Origin: Synechococcus sp. A15-24
GTDB taxonomy: Bacteria > Cyanobacteriota > Cyanobacteriia > PCC-6307 > Cyanobiaceae
DNA length: 32,000 nt
NCBI RefSeq assembly: GCF_014280195.1
Contig: NZ_CP047960.1
Coordinates: 600,001-632,000, forward strand
Direction of reading: 5' to 3'
A program made the translations under genes and the position numbers. The notes below the pieces were generated by a model. It saw only the letters and a program-made list of their open reading frames with translations, did no database searches and had not been told where the DNA came from. This document shows, piece by piece, positions 27,389-32,000 of the stretch. The stretch's first letter is position 1; every line of letters starts with the position of its first letter.

Positions 27389-28020
27389 ATCGGGTCCAAC
27401 CAAGAAATATCAAGAGGGTCAATATGGAGGAAGGCCGGCTGAATCATCAATTTTTTTTCTTTAACTGCAGTGTGAATCGATTCGCTTGATTCCATCAAAG
27501 ATTTGGATGTGATAACGGCATGTTGGAGACAGGCATCGGCGTAGGAGTCGTCGTTATCGATGTCGATGCCGTGGTTGGTTAGTCCAAGCTTTATGTCGCT
27601 AACGAGCTCTGTTAATGAAGCTGAGAACATCTGTTCTTTGAGAAATGCTGCTTTTACTGCACCGCAACCTTGATGACTCATCACAAGGAGGACACGAACA
27701 TTGAGATCAAGAACGGCGTACTCTATCGATCCAGCCGCTCCAAAAGTGTTTGTATTTCCTGCATTGCGGATCACAAAGAGATCTCCGAAACCTGCATCGA
27801 AGATCACTTCAACCGGAACTCTTGAATCAGAACATGCCAGTAAAGCGACTTGTGGGTGCTGCCCCCCCGCAAGTTCGTGACGACGTGCTTGAGTTGCATG
27901 GGGGTGGTGAGAACTATTGTTCAAGAAGCGACCAAAACCGCGTTTTAATTCTTCAATGATCTCAGTCGGATCACTTAATTTTTGATCTGAATTAGAATCT
28001 ACGTAATCTGATTTGGTCAT
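27373..28020 (-). CDS. Beta-class carbonic anhydrase
   Basis: Zinc ligand motifs '[30 protein letters not shown]' (CxDxR) and '[10 protein letters not shown]' (HxxC). Low GC. The 3' end overlaps the queA 3' end by 16 nt (convergent). Confidence 0.88.
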   Translation of the reverse strand: MTKSDYVDSNSDQKLSDPTEIIEELKRGFGRFLNNSSHHPHATQARRHELAGGQHPQVALLACSDSRVPVEVIFDAGFGDLFVIRNAGNTNTFGAAGSIEYAVLDLNVRVLLVMSHQGCGAVKAAFLKEQMFSASLTELVSDIKLGLTNHGIDIDNDDSYADACLQHAVITSKSLMESSESIHTAVKEKKLMIQPAFLHIDPLDISWLDPIYGDN

Positions 28021-28151
28021 TAGGTTAACTTCGCTATCTATTTCATCATCGCCAAAATCGATAAAAGGGAAGGTTTTGGTCAGCGAACCCTGACATTTTT
28101 GCGGGACATTCCCAAACTTTTCGTCATAATAAAATTACATATGAAAGATCG
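28021..28151. promoter_or_regulatory. AT-rich divergent intergenic region, presumed bidirectional promoter region for the carbonic anhydrase and the transporter operon
   Basis: A 131-bp non-coding gap between divergent ATGs. A -10-like 'cataat' lies at 28125-28130, 22 nt upstream of the 28152 ATG. I could not identify a convincing -35 element or a known operator. Confidence 0.3.
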
Positions 28152-29561
28152 ATGATCTCCAGTCTTGCAAATCTGTTGATTTTAGCTTTTACAAAGCCAG
28201 CTGCGGAAGTTGAGACTGCTGGTGAAATTCTTCAAAGCTTACCTGCTCTCCACTTTTCCTTTCCTGCGGCACTCCTATCGCTCTCTTTGCTGATACTGGT
28301 CAGCATCTTGTTTGAAAAACTTGGCGTCAAGCTTGGCATCCCGGGATCCATTTTCTTATTTTTTGCCGGTCTTTTTTCCCATGTTTCGGGGTTTAGTTTT
28401 GAATCTTTTCCGATAGAAGAACTTCATGTTGTAGCTTTATGCATTTTATTGTTCTTCAGCGGGCTTTCTTTTGATCGTTCGCTTTTGAGGGAAAGTAAAG
28501 TTCTAGCTAGCTCTATAAATTTGGCTTTATTCGGAACATTGCTGAGCATGTTGTTTTGGCTTTTTTATTTGTTGATAGGATTTGGTTTTTTTCAGAGTGC
28601 TTTTGGCTATTTAGAGGGAGTAAATCAAGAATTGATCAGTCTGGTAGTAGTTTCTGTAATTTTTTGCATTGCGGTACAAGATTGGAATTCTTTTATGTTT
28701 GTTTCCAAAAGAATAAAAGATTTCCGATCAACTTTGTCTAACATATTTAAAATAGAAACTGCCATATCAGCCTCAATTTCAGTGGCAATTGCTGAAATTC
28801 TTGTCCTTATTTGGCTCGCTATTCATCCTGAATATCAGTTTATGGGTAGTTCGCAGATGTTTATATCGATTTTCCAGGGAATATTGGTTGGATCAGTTGC
28901 AGGAATAGTCCTCGGTTACCTTTTGATGCTAACGATTCGTCATGTAATTACTTCCAAACCTCAGCTTGTTTTAGTTGCTGTTGCGTTCACTCTAATTGGT
29001 TACGTGGTATCTTTTTCAATCACGCACCAGGGCGGATATCTTTGTGCGCTAGTGATGGGTATTGTTACTTCTCTGGCTTACCGAAAAAGCTCAACCGATG
29101 AAGAAATAGAATTTCTCGCAGAAGAATTGGAAACTCTCAATATCGCTTCTGAAGCGATCCTCTTCTTTGCGATTGGTCTTGGACTTGAGGCCACTTCCTT
29201 TATTGCTCATCTGCCAGTGGCGATCTACGTCTGGCTTGGAATCATCATTATCAGGCCAATTACAGTCAACCTCTTTTTCAAAGGCTCTGCCGCAAAGCCG
29301 GAAGAACGTCAGCTGTTGTCGCTGTGGAGTCCGAAGGGTGCTATTTCAATGGCTTTAGCTGTTACAGCACCAGAACTGCTGGAGGGAACTTTCGGTCTCG
29401 AGATTGCTGAAATTTTTCCAGAAAATGCTTTTAACTTCTCAGCGGATATTGTTTGCGGCGCCGTATTACTTTCGATGATCATTAAATCCTTGGCGATTCC
29501 AAAAATGCATTCCCAACTTATTGGAAATCAAAAAATTGTCTCAATAAACCAAGAGGTCTGA
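28152..29561 (+). CDS. Divergent cation:proton antiporter (CPA / Na_H_Exchanger)-fold membrane protein
   Basis: About 11-13 hydrophobic segments. 'KLGVKLGIPGSIFLFFAGLF' and 'LHVVALCILLFFSGLSFD' resemble the first two conserved CPA helices (LGxPxxxGxLLAG, LLFxxGLEL), and 'WSPKGAISMALA' resembles the late (P)RG(E/L)VSxxLA motif. Low GC. Confidence 0.7.
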   Translation: MISSLANLLILAFTKPAAEVETAGEILQSLPALHFSFPAALLSLSLLILVSILFEKLGVKLGIPGSIFLFFAGLFSHVSGFSFESFPIEELHVVALCILLFFSGLSFDRSLLRESKVLASSINLALFGTLLSMLFWLFYLLIGFGFFQSAFGYLEGVNQELISLVVVSVIFCIAVQDWNSFMFVSKRIKDFRSTLSNIFKIETAISASISVAIAEILVLIWLAIHPEYQFMGSSQMFISIFQGILVGSVAGIVLGYLLMLTIRHVITSKPQLVLVAVAFTLIGYVVSFSITHQGGYLCALVMGIVTSLAYRKSSTDEEIEFLAEELETLNIASEAILFFAIGLGLEATSFIAHLPVAIYVWLGIIIIRPITVNLFFKGSAAKPEERQLLSLWSPKGAISMALAVTAPELLEGTFGLEIAEIFPENAFNFSADIVCGAVLLSMIIKSLAIPKMHSQLIGNQKIVSINQEV

Positions 29562-29564
29562 ATT

Positions 29565-30227
29565 ATGTTGAAAAGAAAGTTGACTGACCGATACCGACTC
29601 TTACGGGCTCTTTTGGTTGGAGCCGTGGTGAGTGTCCTCTTTTCGCCAGTCTTGGCAACTAAGGAAGTGATTACTGTTGCGATCACATTTTCGCTTTTAC
29701 TTGACTTTTTGATCTTGATCAAGCAGTCATGGCTAATTGGAATCAATGAAACGAGGGAAATCTTTCAGCAATTCAATGCCAAAGAGTCCTCTGTTGCTGT
29801 GAGGACTATAGCCCTTGTCTTCCTAAGTGTAGGTATCTTGAGTTTTTGTATTGCCGAACTGCATTCCAAGAATGATGTTTTGCCAAATAGCCTTCACATC
29901 TTTATAAGTTTCATTGCTCTTTTTTTAACCTGGTTTCAGCTGCACAATGGGTTTGCACTCTACTACGCGAAGAAGTACTTTGACATGAACCCGGATGTTC
30001 TTGTTGAATCCGAGGATCAAAAAGGATTTGTATTTGAAGGGGCAGAGCCTACATTTAGCGATTTTTTGTACATATCTTATTCAATAGGCCTTACCTATTC
30101 AATGACTGATTGTGGTATTAAGGATTCTTCCGTCAGGCGTGTTGTCATTATTCACTGTCTTTCATCATTTCTGTTTGCCTCAACAGTCCTCTCTATCATA
30201 TTTTCATTGGCAACTAAAGTGAGTTGA
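29565..30227 (+). CDS. DUF1345-family membrane protein
   Basis: 'WFQLHNGFALYYAKKYF...GFVFEGAEPTFSDFLYISYSIGLTYSMTDCGIKDSSVRRVVIIHCLSSFLF' matches the DUF1345 core as I recall it (FALHYA...F.G...P.Y.DFLYFSF.IG.T...SDV...R...L.H). It starts 3 nt after the transporter stop, with AAGAGG 8 nt upstream. Confidence 0.72.
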   Translation: MLKRKLTDRYRLLRALLVGAVVSVLFSPVLATKEVITVAITFSLLLDFLILIKQSWLIGINETREIFQQFNAKESSVAVRTIALVFLSVGILSFCIAELHSKNDVLPNSLHIFISFIALFLTWFQLHNGFALYYAKKYFDMNPDVLVESEDQKGFVFEGAEPTFSDFLYISYSIGLTYSMTDCGIKDSSVRRVVIIHCLSSFLFASTVLSIIFSLATKVS

Positions 30228-30257
30228 CGTGTGAGGGACCAGCCCGGCGCACGTCAA
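30224..30257 (+). terminator. Stem-loop (8-bp perfect inverted repeat TTGACGTG-N18-CACGTCAA) overlapping the DUF1345 stop, followed by a T-rich tract
   Basis: ttgacgtg (30224-30231) and cacgtcaa (30250-30257) are exact reverse complements, and the downstream sequence is 'tttgtgtgcatttgc'. The 18-nt GC-rich loop is long for an intrinsic terminator, so this could instead be a protein-binding palindrome. Confidence 0.35.
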
Positions 30258-30355
30258 TTTGTGTGCATTTGCAATCATTTCGGAGGGTTGCTGTAATGAG
30301 CACTTCCCAAAAACCAGATCATCTTTAAAATTCTGCTGATGAACCAAATTTTGTC

Positions 30356-30658
30356 ATGTTTGAACTCGAGTATCTCGTTGCCTTTGGCTTGGGCGCTGGG
30401 CTCGTCGCACTTACTCCTGTTGTAGCAGCTGCTGCCGGGAAAGAAAGTTCCATCACGAAATCTGTTGCAGGTGCTGGCCGCGGCCTTACAAAACAAGGCC
30501 TTAAGGTCGGCCTCTTCGTGGGTGGCAAGGTGTCTGGACTCTTTTCTGGCGTAAAGTCTGGCATTAATGAAGTTGGTGAAAGCTTCGGCGACATCCTTGC
30601 TGAAGCCAAAGCCGACATGGCGGCACCGAAAACCAAAACCGCATCACCAAAGGCTTAA
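30356..30658 (+). CDS. Small Gly/Ala-rich membrane-associated protein with a glycine-zipper repeat (DUF5132-like)
   Basis: N-terminal hydrophobic segment 'YLVAFGLGAGLVALTPVVAAAAG'. Gly falls at residues 48, 52, 56, 57, 61, 65, 69, 74 and 78 (GxxxG periodicity). The C-terminal 'EVGESFGDILAEAKADM' resembles my recollection of the DUF5132 consensus. The antisense ORFs here are judged artefacts. Confidence 0.6.
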   Translation: MFELEYLVAFGLGAGLVALTPVVAAAAGKESSITKSVAGAGRGLTKQGLKVGLFVGGKVSGLFSGVKSGINEVGESFGDILAEAKADMAAPKTKTASPKA

Positions 30659-30661
30659 GGC

Positions 30662-31102
30662 TTGCGAGTTACAGTTAAACACCGTATTTTTGGGCGCGTA
30701 AGATTTTGTTGGCAAAAAAAATTAACATTCTATGACATGCATTTCATGGAATGTTCATTTTTTTTTGTGTTTCCCACATGTCGTTTTCGACCGGTTTCGG
30801 GCAATTCTGGTTGTGTGATCCATTTTGATGAAGCTGCTGATCATTCACTCTTTTCTCAGATCACTACGTGGATAGGTGATTTCTTAGCAATTGGCAATTG
30901 TCAGGGACCCTTGCTTCCACCGTCCAAGACGGATTTATTGATCGATAAGGCTAAAGGTTGGACAGCTCAGTCCATGATCGTAATAGCAATACTTGGCTGG
31001 ATTCTTCCAATTCTTCCAGGAACACCTTTTTTCTTACTAGCTTGGTGGCTTGGTTGGAGACCAGTATCGTCAACTGAGCTGTCAGTTGTGACTGAACCAT
31101 AG
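30662..31102 (+). CDS. HMA2/CoBaHMA-like domain fused to a truncated DUF454 (YbaN)-like membrane hairpin
   Basis: 'VKHRIFGRVRFCW' resembles the H-x-x-P-G-R-x-R-f strand of HMA_2/CoBaHMA domains, with Pro replaced by Phe. 'PVSGNSGCVIHFDE' resembles the '..tgSllI.yd' strand. The C-terminal 'ILGWILPILPGTPFFLLAWWLGWRPVSS' resembles the DUF454 start (LP.LPTTPFLLLAA..F.RSS). A TTG start lies 3 nt after the preceding stop. Confidence 0.55.
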   Translation: MRVTVKHRIFGRVRFCWQKKLTFYDMHFMECSFFFVFPTCRFRPVSGNSGCVIHFDEAADHSLFSQITTWIGDFLAIGNCQGPLLPPSKTDLLIDKAKGWTAQSMIVIAILGWILPILPGTPFFLLAWWLGWRPVSSTELSVVTEP

Positions 31103-32000
31103 AGTAAGCCATCCTAGAGCGATTTGAGCACGCTCACATTGCTTGGAAACGAACTCTGTTGGCAATGCAATACTTCGGCAATACCCATTGAATATCAAAT
31201 GTATGCTTGCGTCGACTTGTTCGATTTTTAAATTAGCCTTTGTCACACCCGGCAAGAATATTTTTGCGCAAAGTTTCTCTGTATCCCACTCCTCGATGCG
31301 ATTGCTTGCTCTCTTCTCATCATTTGTTTTGGCTTCTTCAACTAAAGCGGGAACTGCGATTGATTTGTTGATCATTATTGGTCCCTGTCGGCATTCATTC
31401 TCGAGTTCAACATTGGCTTCAGTACTTGCCTCCTCGACTATTAGAATATGAGGTATTGCACGGTGCATTCCAGCAATGCTAAGCCGATTCCTTAGCTGCG
31501 CAGGCTTGTAGTTCTTGCCGTCAAGAATTAATGTGAAATGATGATTGCTACGATCAGAGATCGTTTTTTGTAGGAGATGTAAGCGGCTTTTCCAGGCGTC
31601 GTTAAGACGCAACTGTTGTGACGAGGGCAAGCGTAGGCGTAGTATTTTTTCGACTGTCGAGAGTGTTTGGCGCGTTTTGTCCCACCAGTTGAGCAACGGC
31701 TCAAGCAATTGGTCGATCAAGGCTGGACCCTTTTGCGCCATGCCCAGGATTTTCAGTGCATGCAATGGCGTTGGCAGGATTGCGATCAAAATTGTCCCCA
31801 TTTGAGCACTCTCCAGTGCTTCTGAGAAGAAGATTAATTTGGTTAAATCTTCGATTCCAGGTATTGGAGGGAGCTCGGTTGATTGTTTAGAGGCAATGTC
31901 GAGCAGTTGCCACCACTCACTAGCGTGAGGATTGAGCTGCTTCCAAAGCTGCTTGAGAACACTGATATGGTCGAAGTATTGAATAATACAATTGTTGCTC
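31082..32000 (-). CDS. Get3/ArsA-family-like protein with a C-terminal HSP20/alpha-crystallin-like domain, 5'-partial (the frame is open to the right window edge)
   Basis: Manual translation upstream of Met-31801 shows no stop up to base 31999. 'IPGIEDLTKLIFF...ILIAILPTPLHALKIL' aligns with the ArsA 'PGxDE...yDvivvDtAPTGHTLRLL' region but is degenerate. The C-terminal 'KIFLPGVTKANLKIEQVDASIHLIFNGYCRSIALPTEF...ERAQIALGWLTLWF' matches the HSP20-like tail of cyanobacterial/plastid ArsA homologues. Confidence 0.6.
   Translation of the reverse strand, partial: SNNCIIQYFDHISVLKQLWKQLNPHASEWWQLLDIASKQSTELPPIPGIEDLTKLIFFSEALESAQMGTILIAILPTPLHALKILGMAQKGPALIDQLLEPLLNWWDKTRQTLSTVEKILRLRLPSSQQLRLNDAWKSRLHLLQKTISDRSNHHFTLILDGKNYKPAQLRNRLSIAGMHRAIPHILIVEEASTEANVELENECRQGPIMINKSIAVPALVEEAKTNDEKRASNRIEEWDTEKLCAKIFLPGVTKANLKIEQVDASIHLIFNGYCRSIALPTEFVSKQCERAQIALGWLTLWFSHN

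Noticed and set aside
30275-30636. Two minus-strand ORFs (73 and 103 aa) antisense to the glycine-zipper gene
   Set aside because: They are Pro/Ser/Thr/Ala-rich mirror translations of a Gly/Ala-rich gene. The plus-strand product has a hydrophobic helix, a regular GxxxG pattern, a DUF5132-like C-terminus, and 3-nt coupling to the next gene. I cannot exclude them absolutely without expression data.
1-32000. Search for tRNA/rRNA genes, CRISPR arrays, IS elements, integrases or long direct repeats flanking the low-GC regions
   Set aside because: The non-coding gaps are all 131 bp or shorter, and none shows tRNA-like or repeat-spacer structure by eye. No transposase- or integrase-like translation appears in any frame. 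Island boundaries may carry such elements outside this window, so absence here is not evidence against mobility.

Overview
This is an almost fully coding segment of a high-GC picocyanobacterial chromosome (marine Synechococcus/Cyanobium-like, inferred from cyanobacteria-specific genes such as pipX, long hpf/lrtA and sepF). Hand-counted 60-nt samples give about 58-68% GC in the core. Low-GC accessory DNA (about 32-50% in hand-counted samples) flanks the core on both sides.

Left edge (1-3050): a partial sulfotransferase-like gene and an 80-kDa double-GT2 glycosyltransferase sit at the end of a minus-strand rfbA-rfbC-rfbD-rfbB (dTDP-L-rhamnose) operon. This looks like a cell-surface polysaccharide island.

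Core (3050-27250), housekeeping genes in order: ICMT-like methyltransferase, small secreted protein, mtnD, cobI, BcsA-like synthase, dus, DUF1823-like, der, ECF-T/cbiQ-like, pipX, pipY, sepF, proC, GT4, MFS, recO, deoC, hpf, lipB, aas-like ligase, ylqD-like, PDH E2, queA.

Right edge (about 27250-32000): the GC drop begins inside the last ~150 nt of queA. The island carries a beta-carbonic anhydrase divergent from a CPA-fold transporter + DUF1345 operon. Next come a translationally coupled pair (glycine-zipper/DUF5132-like small protein plus an HMA2/CoBaHMA-like domain fused to a DUF454-like membrane hairpin) and a convergent Get3/ArsA-like protein with a degenerate signature that runs off the window.

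I consider this right-hand gene set the most interesting candidate for an undescribed membrane-associated inorganic-carbon/cation handling system, possibly related to carbonate biomineralization. That function is inference only. No rRNA, tRNA, CRISPR array, transposase or integrase was recognised in the window.
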